From the NCBI GenBank assembly GCA_013416795.1, contig RQSC01000854.1:27597-91294 (forward strand): 63,698 nt of DNA, written 5' to 3'. The stretch is from Prasinococcaceae sp. CCMP 1430 (Eukaryota; Plantae; Prasinodermophyta). Each line of letters opens with the position of its first letter. Position 1 is the stretch's first letter. The notes beneath the pieces are model-generated. The model saw nothing but the letters and a program-made list of their open reading frames with translations. It was not told the origin of the DNA and ran no database searches. The position numbers and the translations under genes are program-made. Of this stretch, positions 1 through 13,135 are shown piece after piece.

Positions 1-92
1 CCCCCCCCCCCCCCCCCCTGTCCTGTGCTTACACGCGTGCGCGCGCGCACATGCGCGCTCGCGTCCGCCTCGCCGGCGCCCCCGCGCCGCAG

Positions 93-3000
93 GTCGGTGG
101 AGAGTGTCGGGAACACTGGGGACCTCTTCGACTTCGACAGCTTCTCGGAGGATTCGGGCACCGTGTCGCCCGGCGAGCAGACGATCGTGACGCTCCAGCT
201 AAGCGCGGCTGGCGTGGCCGCCGAGGACACGCACGCCTACGTGGAGCTCAAATTGGACACCGGCGAATTCGACTACTACACCTACCTGTACGTCGACGCG
301 CTCGTGCAGTCCTCGCCGGACGCCACGAACTGCGTCACGCGCGCGGGCTGGTACGCGGGCCACTCGGAGATCTACACGGCGGGCGAGCGCGTGCCGCTGC
401 AGGTGGATGCGTACGACTCGGAAGGCTTCAACTCCACCGACTCGGACGTCACCTTCGACTGCGTGCTCACGGACGCAGACGGCACGGAGCTCGACGACAG
501 GCATGTCCTGCGGTACCAGGGCGGTAACACGTTCGGAGTGGACGTGACCCTGGGGACGGCCGGCGTCTTCAACGTCGAGTGCTTTTTCTTCGAGGATGCC
601 CTCGGTGCGAGCACCAACATCACCATCTTGCCGATGTACACCCCCAACGCCGGCTTCGCGGATCTCGTTCGCTATTCGAACGAGGCCGACGAGAATGGCG
701 AGTACAACTTCACACAATGCGCTTGGCACACGTCGTGCGGGGGCGAGTTGACGGCCGGCGCGACGGGAGAGGTTTTCCGCACCAACATGCTCGACGACTA
801 CGAAAATGTGATCAAGCCCATGGAGGGCTACGAAGATGAGTACTTTGAGACCTATGTGCACCTCAAGGCAGAGCACCAGGACGGCAATGAGGAAGAATTC
901 ATTGAGATGAAGGACACCCGCAAGGGCTACTCCGAGGGTGCCGTCACTCTCACAACCTCGGGGACGTGGTCCCTCACAGCCGATCTGCATGGAGTCGTGG
1001 GCATCACAACAGAGATCGTGGTAGTCGCCGCGGAGCTGACTTCTGTTGAGCTCTACCTGCAGCACATCCATGCAGGCGATTATGCGAACCTGACGTACGG
1101 TCCTGGCGATTTGGAGAGCTGCTCGTGGGTGGGCTGTGTGGATGTTCTGGCGGGGGACAGGATATTCGGCTACGTCTACGGTCGCGATGACTATTGGAAC
1201 GCGGTGGTGCCCCACGCCACGCAGGTGGCCTACTATCGCTTGGTGGACTGGTACAAGGAGGACTCTCCGTTCGAACCCTTCGATGGCATGTCCAGCGCGT
1301 TCTCTGAGGACGGCGCGCGGTTGGACGTCGAGGTTGTCACCCCGCCCGAAAATAGCGGCAGGTGGGAGGCGGAGCCCACGTTCGTCTTCCAGTACAACGT
1401 CACCAAGTTTCCGCAGTCGGAGGAATCCGACGACCCCATGGTGCACGTGCAGCTCTATGTCGGCGATCGGACGGACGCGAACATCTCGGACGCTTTCCTC
1501 ACGGATCCAAACAGCATCGGTGGCCCCACGCTCATTCCGGGCGAGCTTGACCTGAGCACCAGCACGGTGTTCGTTCGAAGGAAAGGCGGCGATGAGTCGA
1601 TCGTGAAATGCAACGCGAGCGACCTCGGCGCGTGCGCCCAGGTGCCTACAACTTCATCCTTCGACGTGGCCCTGGTCGCTCGCGACAGCTACGGCAACCG
1701 CTTCTACAGCGAATATGGGAGGAACGACTGGCGCGAACCCAGAGCTGCAGTTCTGCGCCCCGACTACGACAATGACGCGCGGGATGATTGGCGCCTTTCT
1801 TTCGACACCGACGAGCGACTCTTCCATACGCAAACTATTGATGAGGACTATCTCGTGGACTACAATGGCGGGGTGGCCTCGTTCGCGTACTTCACAGTGT
1901 ACTCGGACAGGCTGAATAGCACGGGCAATTATGACTTGGATGTGATCATCGACCTCGTTGCGGGCGACGCGAGCGCCGTCAACACCAAGGTCTATGCCTC
2001 CACTGCCGCGGGCACGCGCGGCAGCGAATGCTCGAGCGACGCCGAATGTGGAACGGCCATCGAGGCGGGCGAGAGAGCGTACTTCGTCGCTGCGCTGCAT
2101 GACAGTCTAGGCAATCCCCTGGGGTCGAACGATGCGGGTGTGAAGCTCTCCGCGGCCGCCGGCTTGGATACCGGTCGAAGGACCGCCACCGTGACCGACC
2201 TCGGCGACGGGACTTTCTCCTTCGACCTGAAGCTGACCACCGCTGGCACTTGGGAGGTAGAGGTGAAGGTGTCCTTCGAAGAGATCGCGGTGAATCCCAT
2301 TCTGGTTACGGTCAACCCCGGCGCGCCGGACGCGGATGAGAGCGCCGTTTTCTTCGTCGGATGTGCCGCCGACCCAGTCAGCACGGCTCCCTCGGACTCG
2401 TGCGTCCTCGAGCCGCCCAGCGATGATAGCGGTGCCTGTCGCGCGGGGGACACGTGCGGGAATGTCCACGCTGGTGACGACGCCGTGTGGATCGTCCTGC
2501 CGCGCGACCGGTACGGAAACACCATCACGAGCTCCGCCACTGTGACTGCATCGATGTCGGCGCTGTCCGCAACCGAGCGCGAGGCGGGCGACGACGCGAC
2601 AGGGGACATGGCGCTCAACCAGACAACTGGCGAGGTCGACGACGAGGCGTCCTACTATCTGGTACGGTACCAGTTCTCCGACGCGTTCGCCTTCAACGAG
2701 GCCGGTGAAGAATTGACTTTCATCCGCACGGACTTCGTCGTGGACGGCGTGGCGCTCTCCACGCATGTGTTCCTGGAGCTCGAGGCCGGTGACACAGACG
2801 TCAAATTCTCTCCCTTACGGCACGTCAACTCCTCGGGCGTGTACACCGAGTGTCTCTCTGGCGCGGTCTGCGCTACCGCCACGGCGGGAGACCGCGTTAC
2901 CTTCGCCATTGAGACGCGAGATGCGTTCAATAATACGCGCTACGACAAGAGCGCTTTGGATATCGCGTACGAGTTCGATGGATCGGTGGCGCAAAGCGCG

Positions 3001-6000
3001 CGCTACGACGGCGATGGCGAGTATTCGTTCTCGCTGTCCGACATCAAAAACAACGAGGCGGGCGAGTACTGGGTCAGCGTGACTCTTCAGAGCGCTCTCG
3101 AGGAAACGGAGAGCCCGGTTCACTTCCTCGCCAGCCCGATCTACTTCAACGTTGTCCCCGGGCCAGCCACAGCTACACAAATGCTCGCGTCGCGCTCAGG
3201 CGAGGACTGCGAGCGCTCGCAGGTCTGCGCACCCAACGCGGTGGCCGGCACAGCCTTCGAGGTCGACCTCGTGGCGCGTGACAAGTACGGAAACGATCTG
3301 ACGGAGTCGCCGCCGGGAGGCGGCCGCGCCCGCTATGAGACTTCCGAGAGGAGTGGCTACTTTGAGGACCTGGGCGATGGCACCTTCGTGGCGAAGGTGA
3401 CTCTGTTCAAGGCCGAGGTGCAGACAATGGATGTGCTTTTCTCCGGATCCGACGTGCAGAATTCGGGTTTCAAGATACAAGTCGGGCCAGCGCCGCTGGA
3501 CGTCTCCGCGTCGCAAGTATGGGCGTCTCTTGCGACGGGGACCCCCCCATCACCCATCAGGTGCGAGGTCAATTCGCCGTGCCTGACCGCCAAAGCTGGC
3601 GAGACAGTGGACTTCGATGTCCGCTTGCGCGACTCCTATTCGAACGAAGCGGAGGCCTCCACCACCGACAGGTGCTTGTATCGCGTCGGTGGCGAAGGCA
3701 GGGTCGCTTCGGCCGCATTCAACTCCAGTACAGGCAGTTTCACGTTTTCGGCATCGGTCGAGCAGGTGCCCGGTGGTGACGGAATTGACGATGTAGTTGC
3801 CGTGGATGTCTGGCACGACCGGATAGTGGGTTCCCACGGCACCGTCGGTGGCGGCAGCTTTGGATTCCAGGTGGTGCCCGCCGCGGCCAGCACCACTTCG
3901 TCGTATGTGGCTCTCGCGGGGGAAATGTCTACCTGCCCCCGCGCGATGACAGGCCCATGCCAGAGCATCGCAGCCGGCGAGGGAGTTGACCTCGAGGTGC
4001 ATCTGTTGGACGAGTTCGACAACCCGTTGGTCTCGCCTGCGCAGCGGGCGGTTTCGTACACGCTCGATGGCCGCACCTCGGCGGCGCTTTCGACACGCCC
4101 AGGCATCTACTCTATCAAAATCGCCGGGGCGGAGATGCAGGTGGCCGGCGGGAAAGAGATCGACGTTCGACTGGGAGAAGACGCCCTCGAGAAGAGTCCC
4201 GTGCGGATAGACGTGGTCGCCGCCACCGCCGACGCCGAGACATCGGAGGTCAGGCGCGACGGCACGCCCTGCGAGTTGCTTGAAAAGTGCGGTGACGCTG
4301 TTGTCGCAGGCGAACAGGTACCCTTTACCGTCGTGGCGCGCGACCAGTACGGCAACGCGCGCGACAGCAGCTCGGGGCCGATGGAATTGCGCGTGTCCGG
4401 CCGGGAACCGCTCGAATTCGAAGACCTGGGTGACGGCACCTATCTTGGGATGCTCAACGTATCTACAGCGTCAACACTGGATATCCAGGCGACGCTCGGA
4501 GGCGTGCTAGTCACGCGATTCAACTTGGTGGTCGTAGCGGCGGCCCTGAATGCCTCTATGTCGAGTATGCAGGTGAAGGTGGGGGATGGGGACGCCAGCG
4601 ACTGCTCCAGTACCCAAAGTGCCCAGGCGCTGGCGCTGGAATCGTGTGCCATCGCATCGGCAGGTGATGAGCTACTCGTGACAGTGGTGCCGCGTGATAG
4701 CTTCGGCAACGACGCGAGCGTGAGTGGAATCAATTGCGGCGTCGCCCACGGCGTCGAGTACACGATGGAAGGATCCCTCGGCGACGAGCCAGCATTCGAG
4801 AGCACGCAGTGCGAGCTGGATGAGAGTTCTGCGCTAAGCTACACCATCAATACGAAAGCCGCAGCTCGCCTCGAGTTCAACACGACCCTGGATGGCCAGC
4901 TGGTGGCGGGCGAGGCGATGGCCGTCGTGGTGCAACCAGGCGCGCTCGATGCAGAAAATGTCGAGGTCACGCGACTCGGCGCACGTGAGGGTGACATAGT
5001 GTGTTCCGGTGAATCCAAGGCAGCGTGCGGACCCGAGGTGCCACCGGGCAACCCTGTCGACTTACATGTGCGGCTGCGTGATGAGTTCGGAAACCAGCTC
5101 TCGCTGGCCGCTGTCAACGAGTACTCTGTGAGAGCACGAGGCACCAACGCGTCGGAGACCTCCTTCAGCGCGGAGCTCACAGACGTTTCGCAGGGCAAGT
5201 TCGAGCTGAAGGTCGAGAGCGATCAAGTGGGAGCCTATGAGGTGCAGTTGGAAGTTAACGGCGAACATGCTACTTCCTTTGTCCTCAATTGGCAAAACAA
5301 GCCCGTTGCCACGTACGGCGAGCTCACGCTCTCTGCCCCCGGTGACGCTGATCCCAGTTCCGATGAGGTCAAGCAGGCACTCCGCGAGTCCATCGCCGCC
5401 TCCCTCGGCGTGCCAGTCGAGTGGATTGTGATCGACGACGTCAGCCTCGCTTCTGAAGGGGACGAGGCGACCGGGGAGGACTTGGCAACAAGCGCACGTC
5501 GCGCGCTTCTCGAGGCGGTGCCCAGCGCGTACACGGTGCAGTACACCATTGCCTCGCCGGACAGAAGCGACACGGAGCTCGTTCTAGAAACTGCGGCCAA
5601 AATTGCAGAGCTCACTCCTGCAGACTTCACCGCTCACCTCGCGTCTGACCTGGGTTTCGAGATCGAGACCGTCGGAGATCTCGAACAAGACGAGTTCGAA
5701 GAGCCTGAGCTCAGCCCCGCGTACAGCGTGCTGGCTGCCACCGACGGGGGCGCGGCGAGCAGGTGCAATGACACGGTGGCGTGTCCCGCCACGGCCACGT
5801 CGATCTCGGCCGGCGAGGCGCGCAACTACACCGTCACCTTTTACGACGAGTTCGAGAACCGCATGGGCTACGCGCCCAAAGGAGTGGGCTGCGTCTTTCA
5901 AGTGCGCGACAAAGCCGAGAACGTGCTTGGACAAGCCATCATTAGCTCCTTCGAACCGCTGGTGCGACGGACGGGCACATGCCTGATCAATGCGCGCCCC

Positions 6001-9000
6001 GTGCTGAGCGGCGAATACTACATGCGCGTCTTCCTTGGCTCGATTGCCGAGGAGAACGCAGTGGCTGGCATGACAGATGGCGTCCTCTTCAGCGTGTCGG
6101 CGGGAGACACCACGTCGCTCAAGGAAACGAATTTCGTCTTCGACTTCGACAGCCTGCCTGGCGCAGTGATCGCCGGCGAGCCACTCAATGTGACTGTGCG
6201 CAGCCGTGACGAATACGGCAACCTGCGGCCGACTAATGAAGACGAGTACCTCGTGGTGGCAACGCCGGTGGAGGGCACAGAGGATACGGGGGCGTCTCCC
6301 CCAAAGCAGCTCTCTACTACCGCGACCCATGCTGGTGGAGGCGTGCACGCGGCAACCGTTACGGGCACTTCGCAGGCGGCCTGGTACTGCGTTGACGTGA
6401 CCTTGCGCGGCCAGAGCATAGAGTACGCGGGGACTGTATATTCACCACCGTCGAGGGCAGGCGACGAAGCGTTGGCCACAGAGAGGCGCGCGTGCTTCCA
6501 TGTGCAGCCCGCCGCGCTATCGCCAAGCAACACACGCGTGTGGCACGTCGTGGATCCGGAGAGTGCTGCTCCAGACAAAGTGCTCGGCCTACCGGGCGAG
6601 GTGATTGCCGACAAGGATTACTTAATCGAAGTGGACGCGCGCGACCGATTCGGCAACATGCGCCAAACGGCTCAGGACCTGTTCAAGGTTCGCGCGAAGG
6701 ACGTGTCGGGAGAGCCAATCACGGGCTTCGTGTACGAGAGAAACACCGACAATGGAATCACCAGTCATCGCATCTCGATGGAGGTGGAGAGCGACCAGGC
6801 GTCTCTCATTGAGGTGAATATAACCGCGGAGAACATGGGTGCAGACGGTAGCAGCGAGTTCATCGCTGGCTACCCTGCCAGCCTGCACGTCCACTGCCCG
6901 GAGGGGTTCCTCCCCAACAGCGTGGTAGGTAACGCCACTGGCTGCGTCCCGTGCGACGCCGACCTTGTCACGTGCTTCGGCGGCTCTGGGGCACCCTTCA
7001 GCGTGCCGCAGGGGTTCTTCTTGCCGCCCTCGGCGAGCGAGTGCGACGATGGCACCTGTTTGATGGCCAGCATTTATGCGTGCGCGGACGAGCCCGCTTG
7101 CACCACGGCCAACGAGTCTGACCGCGATTTTGATGCGTGGCTGGATATCGACGTCGACTATGCGCGCCTCTGCGCCACGGGCTACGACCCCGCGGTGGTG
7201 CTGTGCGATCGCTGCTTGGATGGATGGACCCAGAACGACGCCGGCACCGAATGCGAGAAGTGCCCCGACAGCGATGCGATTACCTACTTGCGGTTCTTCG
7301 GGCTTTGTGGTGTGATCCTGCTGTTCATATTCATGCTATTCGCTCTGTTGTACCGCTCGCTCCAGAAATCCGGCATGAGCGTACGCGAAGCGGCGGGCCG
7401 TGGCCTTGCCTTCTTGCACGAGAACCTTGAGTTCCTGCGCGACGACATGCAGGACACGATGGAGAACGTCGGTGCTGTTTGGCAGATCATCATCCAGAAT
7501 TGCCAGGTGCTGGGCCAGCTGTGGAAGCAGATGGCAGGGCGCTTTCCCAACTTCCTCGAACACATCTACGGTCCGCTGCTCGTGCTCGACATCAACCCGT
7601 TCTCCGTCATGAAGCTGGGCTGCCTCGCCCAAGGTTTCTCGCAGGGCTACTGGGATAGCGTCATGTTCAAGGGATCCATTCCCTTCGTCGTGTTCGCGCT
7701 GGCCTGCATAGTGACATACCGCAAGCTCAATCAGATCGTCGACGGCGCCGCGCGCGGGGTGCCCAAGGATGAGATCGAGAGCATCCGCACCACTATGGCC
7801 ACTGTTTTGGTCTTCGCAATCTTCCTCCTGAACTTGCTGCATCCCTCCATATCCAGCACCATGTTCGAGACATTCAACTGCAAGCAATACAATCTGCAGA
7901 CGGACGGCGACGAGTATTGGCTGCAGTCGGACCACGGCGTACGGTGTTACAGAGACGAATGGGTGCCCTACGCCACGTTCTCGGGAGTTGTGATAGTCGT
8001 GTATGTCTTCGGCTACCCGATACTCCTCCTTGCAGCGCTGCGCTACCTGCACCACAGGAGCAAGGTCGTGCCGTGCGATGCCGGGGGTGTCCCCATCCCT
8101 GGTGCGCAGCCATTCTACACCGCTGAGCTGCAGAAGCGGCCTGTGGGCGCGGCGGTGGCTAGTGAAGGAGATGGCGATGGACGCAAAGCCACTGAGGGCG
8201 ATGGCGCGGATGTGCCGCTCGCCGGCGGCGATGGAGTCAGCCATGCTTTCAGCGGGGCGCCGACGATGGAGGCGCACCCGCTGGACACGGCTACCACGGA
8301 GACTACTGATGGCGATGCTGGCGACGAGGGCGAGCTGGAGGTCCTTGGAAAACGAGCGAAGGCGACCTCAGATGCGCCGGGCGTGCACAATGGCGAGAGT
8401 GACGAAGAAAGTGTGCAGAGCGAGGACGAGTCGAGCGCTGGGTCCTCGGATGAGGAGGACGAGAAGTTCGAGTACTGGGCTCCGGATCCGCACTCTTCGC
8501 TCAACCGCAAGGTGTCCTCGGCGGAGACCTTAATGCGCCACGTGCGCAACGCGCTCGAGGACGACGAGGCCAAGGCGAAGGCCCAGCGCCGCCGCAAGCG
8601 CGCCACGCGGCGCGTGCTGTCGCAGGCTGTCGTCGAAGACGGGAACGGGTACATCCGCGTGCATTGCCTGACTCATTCGATTACGGGCAATTTCGGCAGC
8701 CAGATTGAGGTGCCCGTCACGCAGCTCAACTCAGACGCCGTCTTCAGTAGGTTCGTGCACCCTTTCACGGTGCAGTACCAGGAGGTACGCCACCGCGGCC
8801 TTGCGCACCCATGTTGTTGACGCCAGTGGGTGCGCGCTACTAGGATCTGCCTCAACAATGCCGCCCTCCCGCGCGCACGCGCGTAGGAGCACGGCAGCCG
8901 CGGCCGCGGGCTCGCGCGTGCCCACTTTCTGACACTTCGGAATCTCTCCCCGTCGCTGCCGCCGAATGCAGGACTACTACTACTGGCAGGTGTACGAGAT

Positions 9001-9538
9001 TTGCCGCCGACTGGTGCAGACGTCGTTCGTCGTCCTGGTGGAGATCGCGGCGCCGGAGTACGTCTCCATGTACGCGCTCTTCGTTTCCATCGCCGGCCTA
9101 TGCATCCAGCTGTACTTCCTGCCATACGCCGAGGACGACGACGACACACTCGAGGTGGCCTTTCAGCTCAACCTCTTCGTCTCCCTCTTCGGCGTGGTCA
9201 TGCAGGAGAACCTGGGGTACGACTGGGAGGGCTCGTGGCAGGAGAAGCTCCTCATGGCATGCTCCACCGCCCTGGGGTGCTACGTCGTCTATCGCCTCTA
9301 CAAGATTATGCGCGAGTGGTCGGGCATCGTGTTCTCCATGTCGGGGAAGCTGTGCGGCATGATGTGCAGGACTTGCTGGAGCTGCTGCCTCCCGCAGAAG
9401 AACAAGCTCACGGATGCCGCGCCCTCGGGCGAGGCTGACGGCGATGCAGCCGAGCGCGAGGGCATGCCAGCGGGCGACGCCACGGGCGAGGAGGGCACCA
9501 TGCGGCCCAAAGGGAACGGGACCTCGGCGCCGCAGTAA
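93..9538 (+). CDS. Giant cell-surface protein, 5' partial: ~16 filamin/invasin-like Ig repeats, SEA-like module, Cys-rich region, ~8-9 TM C-terminal domain. Exons 93-8784 and 8972-9538
   Basis: Recurring xxD-x-[YF]-G-N and DLGDGT[FY] motifs. Intron 8785-8971 (GAG|GTACGC...GCAG|GAC) joins FTVQYQE to DYYYWQVYEICRRL, a motif typical of protist multi-TM receptor-like proteins. Bases 1-92 look like an intron 3' end (polypyrimidine, CCGCAG). Confidence 0.85.
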
Positions 9539-9932
9539 TTGTACGACATTGATTATTACGAGGAGGCACTAGTGGGAGCGCGCGGACGGGCGTGGCGACG
9601 GGCGGGCGGGCAGGCGAGCGGGCGGGCGGCGTGCGGCCCCCTCCTACCCCCACCCCCCCACCCCTCCTCACCCCTCCTCACCCCCAACACACACCGTCAG
9701 GCTGGCGCCACGCACGGTGAGGAGACGATGTATGTGCGTGTGTGTGTCTACTGTATTGCATATCTCGGAGTGTTTGAGGTACTGTAGTGAGGAGAGCGTT
9801 GTCTCTAGCTAGCTAGGACGCTGTGGGGGCAGCGCTGAGCAGTGCGTGGCCATCGCGGTCGCGAGCGCCGGCGGCGCGACCGCAAAGGACCTCGCGGGCG
9901 CGGCCAGCGGTGGGCCGCGCGGGCGGCTCTCG

Positions 9933-10103
9933 CTAGTCGAGGTCGCCAGCGAATCTTTGTATGCTCTCCAGGCCGAGCTGCGCGGCCTCGTCCACCTGGC
10001 GCGCGAGCTTCTCGCGCTCCTCAACGGCGAGCAGCTGCGCGCGCCGGCGCTCGTTGCGCTCAGCGACCCTGCGCGCCGCAACCTCCTGCTCCTTGGCGGT
10101 CAT
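9933..10103 (-). CDS. Possible short coiled-coil protein or exon (MTAKEQEVAARRVAERNERRRAQ...)
   Basis: Charged helical sequence with plausible codon usage. No recognisable family; boundaries uncertain. Confidence 0.3.
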   Translation of the reverse strand: MTAKEQEVAARRVAERNERRRAQLLAVEEREKLARQVDEAAQLGLESIQRFAGDLD

Positions 10104-10329
10104 CTGCTGCCAGTTGGCAATGCGGCTCACGCTTCGCGCGCGCGCTCCGCCCCTGCTGCGGTGTGGCGGCCGCCGGCGCGCGGCAGCCACACGCCGCCGG
10201 TCCGGACCTTCCCGACAATGCCTCCAATCGACGCCGTGAGGCGCGCAGAAAAAATGATCGGGGCGACAGCGCGGCATCAGCATGCGGTTTGATGACGAGC
10301 GTCGCAAGAGACGGTGCGTTTGTCATCGG

Positions 10330-10400
10330 CTTTGCTTTGCTTTGCTACGATTTGCTTTGCTATGATTTGCTTTGCTTTCTTTGCTTTGCTTTGCTTTGCT
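10330..10400. repeat. Imperfect (TTTGC)n microsatellite
   Basis: Directly visible tandem pentamers. Confidence 0.9.
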
Positions 10401-10800
10401 CCTGGCCAAAGTCGGCGTTTGCGTTGGCTGCTGTTGCCAAACTTGGTGGCGTCGGCGGTGTTTTGCCGCCCCGTTCGAATTCGCGCGCGCGCTCCCTGCT
10501 GCGGATGGGGTTCCGGCGGGACGCGGGCGGGTCGCGCCGCAGACCGGACCGCACGCAATAGGAATATTTATCCATCCGCCCTTGCTTGCTGCAATCTACA
10601 GTGTACCATGATGATGGTACTGCTCCATGGTGAAGGTCTATCTAGCGACTGATGGTATGCTTGGTGGGCGGGGTTCGGATTCGGGCGGGAGCGGAAAATC
10701 TGCAGGCGGGGGAGGGAGCAAGGAAGAAAAATCTGGGGACGACGGGTGCGCGCGCGCGCGCGCTGGCGCTGGCGGCGCGGCGCGGCGCGGCGAGGGGGGA

Positions 10801-11100
10801 NNNNNNNNNNNNNNNNNNNNNNNNNNNNNNNNNNNNNNNNNNNNNNNNNNNNNNNNNNNNNNNNNNNNNNNNNNNNNNNNNNNNNNNNNNNNNNNNNNNN
10901 NNNNNNNNNNNNNNNNNNNNNNNNNNNNNNNNNNNNNNNNNNNNNNNNNNNNNNNNNNNNNNNNNNNNNNNNNNNNNNNNNNNNNNNNNNNNNNNNNNNN
11001 NNNNNNNNNNNNNNNNNNNNNNNNNNNNNNNNNNNNNNNNNNNNNNNNNNNNNNNNNNNNNNNNNNNNNNNNNNNNNNNNNNNNNNNNNNNNNNNNNNNN
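10801..11100. other. Assembly gap (N run)
   Basis: 300 N. Confidence 1.
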
Positions 11101-12389
11101 GCGCGCGCGCGCCGGTGCGCCAGCGGTGCCGCGCGAGCGCCCACGGCGGACCCGGGCAGGCCGAGGACGCGGACGCGCTGTGCATGGCCATGTCGCCAGT
11201 GTGGGTGTCGCGCCTGTCGCGGTCGCCGTTCTACGCGACGGTGACGTCGGTGGGCGGCAGCGAGCTGCGCGTGCTGAAGGAGGCCTCGGTGGAGCTGCCA
11301 CTGCGGACGGGCTCGGAGGACGACACGTACGCCGGCTTCCTGCTCCCGGTGACGGAGGGTGAGCACGCAGGCGAGGCAGCGATCGCCGTCCACGCGCACT
11401 CGATCGGGCCGGGCGCGCTGGCGGGCGGCGGCGCGCGAGACGCGCTGCGCAAGCGCCTCTACCTCGAGGAGATCAGCTGCGAGGCCGTCATGCTCGTCGC
11501 GCGCCTCAAGGACGTGCGCGTGAGCCGCGTCGGCGGGCGCGCGTTCGTCACCGGCAGCACGCGCGATCGCGCCGAAGCAAACCAGGTGCTCAAGCTGCGC
11601 ATGCCTCGTCCGGACCGTCCGGAAGGCGGCTCCGAGTCCGCGGGATCGCGAGAGGGCCCGGGTGGCGCGGCAGAGGCCGCCGGCAGCGCTGGACACGCCG
11701 GCGCCGGCACCGACGGGCGCGGCGCCAGCGCCGGCGCTGGAAGCGACCGGCACGGCGCCGGCGCCGGTGACTTCTGGCGTAGCCTGCCGAAGCTGCCTTA
11801 CCTACAGCTGCGCCTGGCCGAATGCGAGAGCGAGAGGGTGTGGAAGGCCGTCGCGAAGCTCAAGGAGATTCAAGCCCACGTCGTCGGCCCCGGCTCGGCG
11901 CTGGAGAGGCTGGAGCGCGTCCGTCAGGGCGTGCAGGCCAAGGTCGGCGAGTGGGGATGGGGCGTCGGGGTGGGCGGAAGCTCGCCGCGAGCGACCGAAG
12001 GAGCACCCCGCGAGGCCGCCGGCGGACAGGCAGCGGGCGCTGGAGGCCAGGCCAACTTCAGGGCTCGGCCGGGCGACGCTGGCGCGGACGCGCAAGCCCC
12101 CGCCGACCCCTTCGCCCGCGCGCTCGCTGCACGCGTGAGCGAGCTCAAGCAGCAAGCCGAGCGCGAGCGCGCCGCGACCGTGGACGCGTGCGAGGACAGA
12201 TTCGACATGAACGAGCCCCCGGAGAAGCGCATGGAGGCGAGCTACATGATCATGGTCCAGTCCAGGGCGACCGGCAATGTGTTCCACTTCCTGGTCGTCA
12301 GACGCGCGCTCCCCACAGGCATCATCGGGGTGTCCATTGAGCGCGCGCTCGTGGACGAAAAGTTGGCGGATGCTATGCGGCTGCTGTAG
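11101..12389 (+). CDS. Hypothetical protein, 5' part lost in the gap (possible first exon MVKVYLATDG... at 10627-~10746)
   Basis: Long GC3-rich open frame with globular-looking segments; stop at 12387-12389. No family recognised. Confidence 0.6.
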
Positions 12390-13135
12390 CGGCGCCCGCG
12401 TGCACGCACTCTACAACTACTCGCGCACTCGCTGGCGGGGGCTCGCTCGCCAGCGCCTCCCTTGTATGAAAGTACTGTAGGTGTCATCGACATCGACGTG
12501 CTGTGACACACACATTTTTGACACCGCGGTGGACCTCAGCACATGACACCCGCGCCGCGTGGCGCGCGCTGCCATCGCCTCGAGCACCGGCCTTGCACTG
12601 TGCGGCAGTCGATGCCACAGCCAGGTGCGGCGGGCGCCATCATCATTGCTCACACTGAATGAATGCTCTTTGACAACGCCCACGGCGCCCGCCCGGGAGC
12701 TTCACATTGTGCCTCCTGAGCACCCGCGACCGCAGGATGTCGGATTTTTTTTTTTTTTCGGATTTCCGAAATCCCGGCGACGCTGGGCGGGCCCAGGCAG
12801 GCTGGCTGGCGCGCGATCCGGCGCGCGCGCAGGCCGCGCGAGGCGGCGGGGCGGGGCGCCTCGCCGCGCCCGAGCGGCACCCGCTTCCGCACCCAAACCC
12901 AACCCGACCCAGCCCCCAAAAGCAACTCTCACCCCACGCACACCCACCCGCGCCACCTTGGCCGCGCTGTCTCGCGTGGCCGCGCGTCCGCCGGCTCAGA
13001 GGGCGGCGGCCAGCCAGCCGGGCGCCGCCGGGGGCGCGTCCGTGCGGCCCCTGAGGAAGGGGGGCGGGAGGGGCTCCAGGCGCCTGCGCGACGCGACTCC
13101 CCCTTCCTCCCTTCCTGGCCGAAGTCACGCGCGCG

